A stretch of 64,000 nucleotides of DNA, taken from the IMG/VR virus record IMGVR_UViG_3300029258_002326, positions 1 to 64,000 of that record; one strand, given 5' to 3'. Each line of letters begins with the position of its first letter. Positions within the stretch are counted from its first letter, which is position 1. Positions 35,225 through 44,809 of the stretch are shown piece after piece. The position numbers and the translations under genes are program-made. The notes under the pieces are model-generated. The model did no database searches. It was not told the DNA's origin and was given only the letters and a program-made list of their open reading frames with translations. The stretch comes from a virus. Taxonomy: Duplodnaviria > Caudoviricetes.

Positions 35225-38071
35225 ATGGGATTTACCGAACTAGTCAAAGGGCTCTTCAAGAGGGACAGGGATGTCCAGGCAGCAGCTATTGCCAAGGGTA
35301 CGGCGATTGCTACCAACGTCTCTGTTGACAGTATGGATCCGAGTAGCGGGACAGAGGGCGTCAATGCCCTTCAGAGCCAGCTAGCCATCGAGCAAGATCT
35401 GATTTCTCGTTACATAGATTACGAGAATATGGACGACTATGTTGAAACCAGCGCAGCTCTAACGGTGTTCGCGGATGACTCTACTATTCCAGATACCCTC
35501 CATAGGAAGACCGTGTGGGCTACGTCGGAGGATCGGCTCGTTCGCGATCTTCTGAACGACATGCTTCACAGGATGATCCGTATCGAGGAGGACGCCTGGG
35601 TCACAGTTAGGAGCTTGGCAAAGTACGGGAACTTGTACGGGGAGGTTCTGACCACAAAGGGCGGGGTAATAGGTATCAACTGGCTTCCCGCACCGTCGAT
35701 ACGTAGAATAATAAACAGCAAAGGCGTCCTTCTTGGGTTCATCCAAGATGTGTCTGGGCAGTTCAACTACGATGCGGGGGCGCTTGTAGAGGCTCTAGAG
35801 GCTGGCAAGAAGCCCATTCCTGAAAACGAGAACAACTCTGGGATTACCTTCTTCTACCCTTGGGAGATGGTCCATTGGCGGCTGCGCTCCAAGCGGCTTC
35901 GCTCTCCTTACGGGTACGGTGTTCTAGACAGTTCACGGTGGATCTGGAAGCGTCTCCAGTTGATGGAGGACACAGCCCTGGTTCAAAAGCTGACAAGGGC
36001 TCCGGGTCGGTATGCGTTCTACGTGGATACCGGAGACTTGCCGCCTAAAGAAGCGGTGGCTCTTGTCCGCAAGGTTAAGAGCGGATTCAAGAAGAAGCGT
36101 CTGATCGATCCGAGCACAGGCCAGCTGGATCTTCGCAATAACCCGCTGTGCCTAGCGGGTGACACGGAAGTTCCTCTCCTTGATGGGAGTAAAAAAACGA
36201 TAGTCGAGATGGCGGAAGCGTTCGACAGGGGCGAGGAGCAGTGGGTTTACGGCGTTGACAGGAAAAATAACAGCAAGATGGTTCCTGGCAAGGTTGTGTG
36301 GGCAGGTCAGACACGTAAAGACGCTGAGCTAGTGCGCGTTACATTAGATAATGGCGAGTCTTTCAGGGTTACTCCTGATCATAAGTGCATATTGAGAAGC
36401 GGAGATCTGAAGGATGCCCAGGACTTGGTTCCTGGCGAATCCTTGATGCCGTTGCGTAGGACAATCTCTTCTTTTGAGAAGGGAGACACGATGGACGGGT
36501 ATGAGAAGGTCTACGATCCGTCCAGCAAGAAATATGTGTATACGCACAGGATGGTTGTGCGGGAACTAGGGATGAAGGAAAAAGGCAAGCTCACTCATCA
36601 CAACGCAGGGAAGCTGAATAACAATCCTAGTTGCCTTGAGAGCATGACATGGAGAGAGCACTCGGAGCATCATTGTAAACTGGGGCAAATGGGCGGTGCT
36701 AAACTCAGAGAGCTTCGCAAGACGGATAAAGCTCTGGATCAAAAGTTACGAGATGCAGCGTCGAGGACGCTTAAAGAGCGTCACGCTGATCCTGAGTGGA
36801 AAAAGAGGAATGCTGAGGCAGTGCGTCGGAGTAACATCGAGCGTGATAGTGGTAGGTACATCCGTGCCTATAACGATTCTGACAAGCATGTAGAAGACAA
36901 CGCGCAGAGAAGCTCCGCCATGAAGGCGTTCTGGACCGATGATGCCAGGTCTGAGTATTCGGAAACTAGGACGATCAGCTACTCGGATGTCTTCATTTCG
37001 GCGCTAGAGGAATTCGTCAGGAGCAACCCTGGGTCGAGCGCAGACGATGTGGCAGACTTCGTGTCTAGCGATTCTGTTGCTCTAGGTCTTCTCAATGAGG
37101 GAAGTTGCCGCGTGATAAAGAAAGCCCATCGTCATTTGCTTTTAAAGGCGTATAGGGCGCATGGCTATTCTAACTTCAGCGAGTTCAAGGAATCTGCGTG
37201 TTCCTACAATCACAAAGTTGTGTCTGTTGAGCGTCTTTCCGAGAGAGAGGACACGTATACGCTGACTGTTGACTCGTGTCACAACTTTGGCCTTTCTTCT
37301 GGGGTTGTAGTTTGCAACTCGCCATCCGAAGATTTTTGGATTCCTACCCGTGGAGGGAAAGATTCCACAAGGATCGAAGTCATCTCTGGGCCAGATGTTC
37401 AGATGATGGACGACGTGGAATACTTCCAAGGCAAGCTGGTTACATCGACGACGGTTCCGAGGCGCTTCATGGGTCTTGGGGATCCTGGTGACTCTACGAA
37501 CATGATGGCGTCCCAGGATGACGTGAGATTTGCCCGTGCCTGTATGAGGCTCCAGCGTGAGTACGTGCAGGGGCTTGAGAAGGTTGCCCGTATACATCTC
37601 GCGGCGTTGAACATCGATCCCGATTCTGTGCCTTGGCAAATCAAGATGACGGTTCCGTCTGCGATCTTCGAGATGCAGCAGATTGAGGTTATGAATGCCC
37701 AAGCTGGGCTGGCGTCTTCGCTGTCTGATTACATGAGCAAGCCTTGGATTCTCCAACGCGTGTTCAACTTCACGAGAGACGATGCCCAGGCTATGATCCA
37801 GGCGAAACGCGATGAGGAGTCCGGGGATGTTGTCCGGGAAGCCGAAGCGCAAGCGAAGGTCATGAAGTTATTCCCCGAGCTTGAGGGCGCACTCGACGAC
37901 AAAGACGGGGGAGGGAAAGAAGAAAGCGTTTCCCCTAAGAAGGCACCTATAGCGGAGAACGAGGACAGGAGGCTTCTTCGCTCCTTGAGCAAGAAGGCTA
38001 ACGCGATTGAGCGTTCTGTCACTCGGATCAATAAAATGTCACGGATCAACGGGTCCGGAAAGAGGAGTTAG
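35225..38071 (+). CDS. portal protein (T4 gp20-like) precursor with one intein
   Basis: Y..M......AL...ADD; L.LMED......TRAP.R..FYVDTG.LP; EDFWIP.RGG; DDVEYF..KL. Confidence 0.92.
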   Translation: MGFTELVKGLFKRDRDVQAAAIAKGTAIATNVSVDSMDPSSGTEGVNALQSQLAIEQDLISRYIDYENMDDYVETSAALTVFADDSTIPDTLHRKTVWATSEDRLVRDLLNDMLHRMIRIEEDAWVTVRSLAKYGNLYGEVLTTKGGVIGINWLPAPSIRRIINSKGVLLGFIQDVSGQFNYDAGALVEALEAGKKPIPENENNSGITFFYPWEMVHWRLRSKRLRSPYGYGVLDSSRWIWKRLQLMEDTALVQKLTRAPGRYAFYVDTGDLPPKEAVALVRKVKSGFKKKRLIDPSTGQLDLRNNPLCLAGDTEVPLLDGSKKTIVEMAEAFDRGEEQWVYGVDRKNNSKMVPGKVVWAGQTRKDAELVRVTLDNGESFRVTPDHKCILRSGDLKDAQDLVPGESLMPLRRTISSFEKGDTMDGYEKVYDPSSKKYVYTHRMVVRELGMKEKGKLTHHNAGKLNNNPSCLESMTWREHSEHHCKLGQMGGAKLRELRKTDKALDQKLRDAASRTLKERHADPEWKKRNAEAVRRSNIERDSGRYIRAYNDSDKHVEDNAQRSSAMKAFWTDDARSEYSETRTISYSDVFISALEEFVRSNPGSSADDVADFVSSDSVALGLLNEGSCRVIKKAHRHLLLKAYRAHGYSNFSEFKESACSYNHKVVSVERLSEREDTYTLTVDSCHNFGLSSGVVVCNSPSEDFWIPTRGGKDSTRIEVISGPDVQMMDDVEYFQGKLVTSTTVPRRFMGLGDPGDSTNMMASQDDVRFARACMRLQREYVQGLEKVARIHLAALNIDPDSVPWQIKMTVPSAIFEMQQIEVMNAQAGLASSLSDYMSKPWILQRVFNFTRDDAQAMIQAKRDEESGDVVREAEAQAKVMKLFPELEGALDDKDGGGKEESVSPKKAPIAENEDRRLLRSLSKKANAIERSVTRINKMSRINGSGKRS
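36149..37318 (+). mobile_element. portal intein with HNH endonuclease (390 aa)
   Basis: CLAGDTEVPLLDG; VTPDHK; YTHRMV...HH...NN.P.CL..MT..EH..HH; ends VVVCN followed by Ser. Confidence 0.9.
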
Positions 38072-38074
38072 CAA

Positions 38075-38932
38075 ATGCCATTTATCCAAGGATCCAAGCT
38101 GGACAAGTATTACCGTGGCAGCCTAGCGCACCGGAGTCATGCCGTGGACGTGGCTGTAGCGGAGCGATTCGAGGGCAAGAAAGCTCAGGTCATGGTAGTC
38201 CAGGAAGACTCGGCGGTAGTGGTTATGGATAACAGTCCTGTCCTGATCGTTGGTTACGAGATGGACGGGGACATTGCCAAGATCACAAAAGAGTCCATAT
38301 GTAAAGATATACCCGTGATAGAGAGCGGTAACATGGATGCTTTTGTAGCAGGTGAGCTTAGGGACATTGCGAAGAAGATGGCAATGGGCGAGGACGTTTC
38401 ACGAACTCAAGTTCGCGAGCTGGCATCTGTGATGGAGCCGGGCGGGGACTATTGGCTCACTGGCGTTTTGTCCAAAATAGACGAGTCTACTGAGGACTCT
38501 GATTGGTTCAAAATGTACGAGGCCAACCAGGAGAAGGTCCGCACTGCCATGCACGGTAGTATTAGGGCTATCGAGGGGGCGGTCCCGAGTACAAAATACG
38601 CGAGCATTTCCCCTGGAAAGCTCCATGCGTTTGAGGAAGAAATCAGGGAATCCATGGGTGTCATATCGTCCGTTATTCAAGGAATAGTTGACGAATGCGA
38701 CGCGATCATGTTTGATCAAAAGGAAGATGAGTTCTTTGGTGCCACCTGTGAATCGTTGAAAGTTGAAGCGCAAGTCCTCACGGGCTTGCTCGGCAAGGCA
38801 GAAAAGTTGATGCGTTCTGAAGATATGGAGCGCATGTCCGTGGCACATGACAAACTTGCTGGGCGAGCAAAACAAATGGCAGTCGTTGCCGCTTACCTCA
38901 AAAAGCGCAGCGCAAACGAAGTGAGGAGCTAG
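38075..38932 (+). CDS. hypothetical head morphogenesis protein
   Basis: GAGGAG RBS; between portal and protease. Confidence 0.7.
   Translation: MPFIQGSKLDKYYRGSLAHRSHAVDVAVAERFEGKKAQVMVVQEDSAVVVMDNSPVLIVGYEMDGDIAKITKESICKDIPVIESGNMDAFVAGELRDIAKKMAMGEDVSRTQVRELASVMEPGGDYWLTGVLSKIDESTEDSDWFKMYEANQEKVRTAMHGSIRAIEGAVPSTKYASISPGKLHAFEEEIRESMGVISSVIQGIVDECDAIMFDQKEDEFFGATCESLKVEAQVLTGLLGKAEKLMRSEDMERMSVAHDKLAGRAKQMAVVAAYLKKRSANEVRS
38402..38415 (+). repeat. 14-bp quasi-palindrome copy 9 (intragenic)
   Basis: Exact match, coding RTQVR. Confidence 0.9.
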
Positions 38933-38934
38933 CA

Positions 38935-40002
38935 ATGATCACGCGCAAAGTCAAAAGTCTAGATGAAGATCTTAGGTCACTCGGTCTAATCGCAGAGGGC
39001 GAAGAGGTTAACTCCAGCTTGCTGGGTGAGGAATCCACGGAAGAAGCCGTTGCAGAAGACGACGATGCTGAAGAATCCGTAGAAGAGGCCAAGAAGCCTG
39101 CATGTGAAGGCGACGATTGCCCCAAGGCTGACGACGAAGAAGAGGAAGAGAAGGAAGAAAAAGACGAGGAGAAAGAGGAAGGCGCCAAGGAAGAGGATGT
39201 CGAGGATCTAGAGATCGACATGCTTGACGAGGACGACGCTCTTGACTCTGATAACGTTAATATGGAGATGCTCAATGCTATCTCCGAGCTTCCGATTTCC
39301 GAGATGGACACAGATGACATAGCGGACGTCTTAGAGGCGCTCAAAGAGAAGAATCTCCCAGAAGGTGACGAAGTTCTCGCTGAACGCGCAGAAGAAATCG
39401 TTGACGTTCTGGTTGCAGAGGCCGTAGCCAAAAAGACCCGTAGGTCCAAGGCTGGCTCCATGGCTAAAAAAGCATCCTTCCAGTGTCCTCAAGGCACTCG
39501 CAAGGATCCAAAAGATCCCGGTGGCCGTCGTTGTGTAAAAGCGGCGAAAGCTGCGGGCGGTGCTGGCAAGCTCGCCAAAGAGGGTCGCAAAAAAGCTCGC
39601 TGGTCCAAGAGCGGCGGCGGACAGAAGTCCCAGAAGAAATCTGCTCGCTGGGCAGCACGTCGTGAGGATGTAGAGCTATCCCCATTCGCAGCGGAACTCG
39701 CTGGGTTGCTGGAGAACGACGATATTCAAGTCGAGAGCGTAGTGACTATTCGCGGTGAGATCATTGATCGCATCGGTTCCATCATGGAGATGCTCCACGA
39801 GGAATTCCTGGACGAGAATGTCACATCCGTCATGGAAGGCGTCTATGAAGGCGTCGTTGAGGCTATGGACGAAGGTCGCCTTGACGAGAACACCATGGGC
39901 GAAGACGACTTTATTGCAGAGCTTAAAGCTCCTCTCCAGCTTATCGCTAAGTCTCTCGGTCAAATCGAGCAGAACGAAGGTAGTGAACTGGGAAACGAGT
40001 AG
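38935..40002 (+). CDS. acidic prohead core/scaffold-like protein
   Basis: GAGGAG RBS; very D/E-rich with a central basic block; position before the protease. Confidence 0.7.
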   Translation: MITRKVKSLDEDLRSLGLIAEGEEVNSSLLGEESTEEAVAEDDDAEESVEEAKKPACEGDDCPKADDEEEEEKEEKDEEKEEGAKEEDVEDLEIDMLDEDDALDSDNVNMEMLNAISELPISEMDTDDIADVLEALKEKNLPEGDEVLAERAEEIVDVLVAEAVAKKTRRSKAGSMAKKASFQCPQGTRKDPKDPGGRRCVKAAKAAGGAGKLAKEGRKKARWSKSGGGQKSQKKSARWAARREDVELSPFAAELAGLLENDDIQVESVVTIRGEIIDRIGSIMEMLHEEFLDENVTSVMEGVYEGVVEAMDEGRLDENTMGEDDFIAELKAPLQLIAKSLGQIEQNEGSELGNE

Positions 40003-40019
40003 GCCGTCGCAAAGGCGGC
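39990..40019 (+). other. candidate programmed -1 frameshift signal
   Basis: In-phase G_GGA_AAC at 39990-39996, 6-nt spacer, GCCGTC-GCAAA-GGCGGC hairpin; -1 frame open to TGA at 40194-40196. Confidence 0.65.
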
Positions 40020-40212
40020 AAAGAGAGAAGGACGAAGTATTCGTCTGGTCGCAAGGAGGCAGTAGGTTTTGAGTCACTCAAGAAAAGCGCTCGTCCGGAT
40101 GGGAAGAAAACTGATAGGAAAGTCTCCCCAGAAGCCAAGCGGAGGCTCAAGCGAAACCCTCTTAGAAGAATACTCGCACGTCAGAAGGCGTGGTGAAGAA
40201 ACAGGTGATGGA

Positions 40213-41829
40213 ATGCCCCAGGTGCTAATCGAAGCTAGCCCGGTTCAGATGACTCTCACGGAGTCTAAGAACGGGAAATTTGTTGCTCGTGGTGAGTTCG
40301 GACGCGTAGGTATCCCAACTCAAAATGGTCGCATCTATCGTAAAGAGCTGATGAACAGAGAGATCGGCAGACTTTCGGAGGACATCTCTTCTCGTCGGGT
40401 ACTAGGTGAGCTTGACCATCCATCCGACGGTAAGACTTCGCTAAAGCGGGTTTCTCATGTGATTACCGATCTGACAGTCAACGATGACGGTCTGATTATC
40501 GGAGAGGCAGAGATTCTGGATACCGCAGAGGGTAAGAATCTCAAGGCCCTCATCGCTGCCAATGTTCAGATAGGCGTTTCCTCTCGTGGATTCGGGAGCA
40601 CTCGCCCATCTGACGATCCCAAGGTGGAAGGCGATGTTGTCCAAGATGACTTCGTTCTGAAGACATGGGATTTCGTAGCTGATCCTGCGGTCAAGACAGC
40701 GCTTCCTGAGATCTTCATCGAGGATGTTAACGAGAAAGAGGATGCAGCAGATCTGTTCTTGGCTGAGTTCCCTGAGATTGCAGGGAAGATCCAAGAGGAC
40801 GCCAGGGTGAAGGCCCAGGCAGAGATCGACGCTACTGCCAAGGAAGAACTCCGCAGGGAAATGGCGGAGGGATTCGAGCAGCGTTTAGCGGATGCAATCA
40901 CTGGTGTGCGTGCGGATCTCACTGAGTCCATCCGTGAAGAGTTCCAGTCCGATCCAGAGGTAGGCGGGGCGAAAGGCGTCCTGGCTGCTATCTCTGAGAT
41001 GGTGTCTGCGTACAACTCGGTTCCAGACGAGGACGCTGTACGCGATTCTCTCCGAGCTTCCGAGCTAGAGGTATCCGAGGCAAGGCAGCAAGCCAAGGAT
41101 GCCGAGAAAGCGGCGCTGAGAGCGCAGTGCGAGCTGGTTATCGAGAGGAACATCGGCGAGCACCCGATGCGTGATGCGTTTAGGAATATCATCGAGGGTG
41201 TAGAATTCACCAGCGTGGATGACGCAGAACGCAAGATTGGCATCATGATCGAGGAAGCCCCTGACCTGAGTGAGGGGTATGTGTCTGATGCAGAGGCGGA
41301 GCTTCGCGAGGAGAACGCCAAGTTAAAAGGTCAAATTTCTCTCCTGTCGGAGAAGACTGATACGTTGAATGATAAATTGTTGAAAGCTGTAGAAGTGGGT
41401 ACGGAGGCCAGCGATCAATTACAGGCGGCGCGAAACGCCTTGGAAGAGTTCGATGGCAAACTTGAGGCTATGACGGAAGAGCGCGACGAAGCATTAGCCG
41501 AGGCGGATAATGCGGAGAAGCGTTCCAGGTTGGAAGCCTACAAGGTCCAAAAGGTTGCTGGATTGTCTAATGGTAGACAGTTGATGAGCGTAATGGAGGG
41601 TGTAACTTCCAAGAGCGCAATTGATACGTTGGTTGAAGAGAGGGGAGTTCAAGGGATCCCAGGAGGAGATCTGGAGGCTATGCGGGCAAGGTTGTCCCGT
41701 GGCCAGGCCATGTCCGAGAGGGAATTGAACGAGTCGCATCAAGCTAAGCCTTCCGCATCTGGTCGTCCACAGGTCGACGAGTTCGGTAACAACATGAGCG
41801 AGATGCAACGCCTAGCCGGTCTGGAGTAA
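40213..41829 (+). CDS. prohead protease (T4 gp21-like) fused to coiled-coil scaffold
   Basis: NGRIY; LGELDHP; VSH.I; GVSSRG.GS; DFVADP; long acidic coiled-coil C-terminus. Confidence 0.9.
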   Translation: MPQVLIEASPVQMTLTESKNGKFVARGEFGRVGIPTQNGRIYRKELMNREIGRLSEDISSRRVLGELDHPSDGKTSLKRVSHVITDLTVNDDGLIIGEAEILDTAEGKNLKALIAANVQIGVSSRGFGSTRPSDDPKVEGDVVQDDFVLKTWDFVADPAVKTALPEIFIEDVNEKEDAADLFLAEFPEIAGKIQEDARVKAQAEIDATAKEELRREMAEGFEQRLADAITGVRADLTESIREEFQSDPEVGGAKGVLAAISEMVSAYNSVPDEDAVRDSLRASELEVSEARQQAKDAEKAALRAQCELVIERNIGEHPMRDAFRNIIEGVEFTSVDDAERKIGIMIEEAPDLSEGYVSDAEAELREENAKLKGQISLLSEKTDTLNDKLLKAVEVGTEASDQLQAARNALEEFDGKLEAMTEERDEALAEADNAEKRSRLEAYKVQKVAGLSNGRQLMSVMEGVTSKSAIDTLVEERGVQGIPGGDLEAMRARLSRGQAMSERELNESHQAKPSASGRPQVDEFGNNMSEMQRLAGLE

Positions 41830-41858
41830 CTAGAGCGGCCTAACCAACGGAGAAATTG

Positions 41859-43457
41859 ATGGAAGCTAGAGAACTATTCGAGCAAGCCGGAGCCAAGACT
41901 GTTTTTGACGAGTCTTATACTGGTGCATGCGTCCAAAAATGGGGAAAGATGCTTGGCGGCATCGAGGACACCCATCTGAAGAAAAACACCGCTGTCCTTT
42001 TGGAGAATGAGCTTCAACATTTGAAGAGCTTCAATGAGGATACTCTATCCACAAACGCAGGCGCGTTCACGAAATACGTGTTCCCGATCCTGCGCAGGGT
42101 TTTCCCGAATCTGATTGCCAACCAGTTGGTATCGGTTCAGCCCATGACCTCTCCTGTTTCCGGCATCTTCTACTACGAGAAAAAGTACGAAGATCGCAAA
42201 GGAACCAAGATTCCTCAGACACCTATTGCTGATCTTCCGACAGCCATGGGTTACGACGGTGAATTGGCAGCAGGCGACAATCTCAATCAGAACTTCGCGA
42301 AGTATTACAGCTCTGAGTTCGTAGACTACGACGTAGTTTGCACAGACACAGGAACGTCCACAGACGCCCTGACCCAGGCTGGAACCAACTGCCGTGGAGC
42401 AGCATGGTCTCCCATCCGTGACAACGGAACAGTCGGACAGCGCACTTTCTACGTCAAAGCGTACTACCGCTTTGTCGATCCTGATGCTGCATCGGCTCCA
42501 ACCGAAGCCATCGCCACAATGGATGCTTCTGGCAATCTGATCGACAATACTGCCACTGGCAACACCGTTGGAACATTCACCATCGCCACAGGCGCATGGG
42601 CGATTGATCCTGTCGGTTCCGGTGGTACAGCTGCTGGCGCATTGTTCGTCGACAACACCGTCATCTACCTCCAGTATTTCGTGAACTGGGAACTCGTAGG
42701 CCAGACTTCTGGTGCCGAGATTCCTTCGATTGGTCTGGACATCACTCTATCGACCGTTCAAGCCGAGAGTCGTAAGCTCAAAGCTCGTTGGTCCGTAGAA
42801 GCCATGGACGACCTCAAAGCCCTTCACGGCTTGGATGCAGAGACAGAGTTTGTTTCTACGTTCTCCAACGAGGTTCTTCTGGAGACAGACCGCGAGATCA
42901 TCACAGACCTCGTGAACAACGCCGGTCACACCGCTGCTTACACCTACAGCTCGACTGTTCCTGGTGAAGTAGAGAGCATTCGCCAGCTGCTGACTCAAAT
43001 CAGTGCAGTGTCCGCTCGCATTCACAAAACAACCACTCGCGCTCCCGCGAACTTCCTGGTTGTTTCGACTGCGGTCGGTGGACTCCTGGACCAACTCTCG
43101 ACACACGGCGACTTCGCCTCCATCGAGCAGAATATCCAGAGCCCAAGTTACGGTCCTGTGACTGCCAACTTCGGCATCACCAGAATCGGAACTCTGCTTC
43201 GCAAGTATGCGGTCTACCAAGATCCTTACATGGCGGACGGACAGATCCTCGTCGGTCTCAAAGGCAACAGCTTCCTGGACGCTGGTTACGTGTACGCACC
43301 TTACGTGCCACTACAACTGACACCAACCTTCATGGATCCGAACGACTTCACATTCCGTAAGGGTGTCCGCACTCGTTACGCAACTAAGATGTTGCGTCCT
43401 GAGTACTACGGAGTGATCAACGTTTCGGGTCTGCCTTCGGTGACAACTAGTCTCTAA
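41859..43457 (+). CDS. major capsid protein (T4 gp23-like)
   Basis: PILRRVFPNLIA...VSVQPM..P...IFY; A.SRKLKARWS.EA..DL...HGLDAE; YAPYVPL; G..TRYA. Confidence 0.95.
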   Translation: MEARELFEQAGAKTVFDESYTGACVQKWGKMLGGIEDTHLKKNTAVLLENELQHLKSFNEDTLSTNAGAFTKYVFPILRRVFPNLIANQLVSVQPMTSPVSGIFYYEKKYEDRKGTKIPQTPIADLPTAMGYDGELAAGDNLNQNFAKYYSSEFVDYDVVCTDTGTSTDALTQAGTNCRGAAWSPIRDNGTVGQRTFYVKAYYRFVDPDAASAPTEAIATMDASGNLIDNTATGNTVGTFTIATGAWAIDPVGSGGTAAGALFVDNTVIYLQYFVNWELVGQTSGAEIPSIGLDITLSTVQAESRKLKARWSVEAMDDLKALHGLDAETEFVSTFSNEVLLETDREIITDLVNNAGHTAAYTYSSTVPGEVESIRQLLTQISAVSARIHKTTTRAPANFLVVSTAVGGLLDQLSTHGDFASIEQNIQSPSYGPVTANFGITRIGTLLRKYAVYQDPYMADGQILVGLKGNSFLDAGYVYAPYVPLQLTPTFMDPNDFTFRKGVRTRYATKMLRPEYYGVINVSGLPSVTTSL

Positions 43458-43488
43458 GGCTTAGCTCACTAGTTTGATCAGAACCCCC

Positions 43489-43526
43489 AGGGCTGGGTCG
43501 GGAAAACCGGCTCGGCCCTTTTTTTT
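43489..43526 (+). terminator. intrinsic terminator after the major capsid gene
   Basis: GGGCTGGGTCGG-GAAAA-CCGGCTCGGCCC followed by T8. Confidence 0.85.
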
Positions 43527-43540
43527 GAAGGAGATTTTTC

Positions 43541-43966
43541 ATGTCTAAAAAATATATGCTCGCAGGATTCCAGACCAAGCCATGTACCCATCACGGGGTT
43601 AAGCATGTGGCAGCCGAAGGAAATGCTCCTGCACGCAAGATATTTGTCGATGTAGCGTTCAAACCGGGCAAGATTACGGAGACGGATCTTGACATGAGCG
43701 CAATCGTGGAGGCCGGGTATATTACCGAGGTGCTGATTGCCAAACCGCCAGTCAAGGCGCCGGAGAAAAAAATTGTTGCTCCCGAAGTGCCGCAGGGTGA
43801 CAATGAGAAGCAAGATGAGCCTATAAAAGTCGAGATCGGCGATATGGAGGCGACCATAGATCCTGGTAAAGACGGTGAGCTTGGCACGAAAGACGATGTC
43901 GTAGAGGTCAAGCCGAAGCCCAAGAAGTCCAAAAGGAGGAGCAAGTTATCCTCTCTGAAGAACTAG
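43541..43966 (+). CDS. hypothetical K/P-rich protein
   Basis: AAGGAG RBS. Confidence 0.7.
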   Translation: MSKKYMLAGFQTKPCTHHGVKHVAAEGNAPARKIFVDVAFKPGKITETDLDMSAIVEAGYITEVLIAKPPVKAPEKKIVAPEVPQGDNEKQDEPIKVEIGDMEATIDPGKDGELGTKDDVVEVKPKPKKSKRRSKLSSLKN

Positions 43967-44128
43967 GAATGACAAGGTCGATGAACCTTTCTGTGGAAAA
44001 GGCCAGCACAAGCATTGAAGCAGAGGGGTTCGTGGGTCTTCTTCTTGATAAGTGTCTGAATATTACCCGTTTACAGAGTTCATGGTTGGCGAACCGTCAG
44101 CCTGTCTCAACATGGATGAGGTTTTGAA

Positions 44129-44776
44129 ATGAGTATTCTGAATGAGATGCTAGAGATGGCTGGGGTTTCCGATGCCGATCTTCCTGAGTCCAATGGTTCC
44201 AGCGAGGAATTAGCCGAGGCAATGTCCAGGGTCAAGCATACACATGATCCGGGCAGGCAGAATCTTGTGGTTACTCACCCACAGGATGTTTTCAGGGCTG
44301 TCTTATCTCCGCTTGGTGCTTCGCCCATGCCTATGGCTGGTTACTCAGCATCAGCTCCGGTGGACTCTCCTAATGCGATTCAGATAAGGGCAGCCCTAGA
44401 GGAGCGGGGATACAAGAACCATTATCCTGTTCTTGTTCTTTATGCGCTTAGCCCGGCGACCAACAAAGAGAGCAGGATTGCATCGTTTGAATTCGGCAAC
44501 AAGGTTCTCTACAGTGATTTAGGGGGCAGGCATAGCGCCTGGACCGTTGAAGGCGATCCATCTTTTGAACATGTCGGCAAGGCCGAAGCTGCCATTAATG
44601 TTGTAGTTTCAAAAGCCTCTAAGTTCATCAAAAATTATGTCAAAGCGGCTCAGAAGGTTCCAAAGAGCCCTGTTGGAGGAGAGTCTATCGACAGGGCATT
44701 GCAGATAAACAAGGAATTGGGTTTAAGGATACCTGAGGCAAAACTCAAGAAGCTCTTTCACGTACTGGGCAAGTAA
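44129..44776 (+). CDS. hypothetical virion protein
   Basis: GAGG RBS; in the structural module. Confidence 0.7.
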   Translation: MSILNEMLEMAGVSDADLPESNGSSEELAEAMSRVKHTHDPGRQNLVVTHPQDVFRAVLSPLGASPMPMAGYSASAPVDSPNAIQIRAALEERGYKNHYPVLVLYALSPATNKESRIASFEFGNKVLYSDLGGRHSAWTVEGDPSFEHVGKAEAAINVVVSKASKFIKNYVKAAQKVPKSPVGGESIDRALQINKELGLRIPEAKLKKLFHVLGK

Positions 44777-44809
44777 TCTCAGATCGCTTCAATTGGAAGG
44801 AAAATCAGT

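Noticed and set aside
40069-40212. N-terminal extension of the prohead protease from TTG 40069
   Set aside because: It has no protease-like sequence; ATG 40213 gives a typical start, and the DNA is better explained by the -1 frameshift extension. Not fully excluded, since AAGGAGG lies just upstream of 40069.
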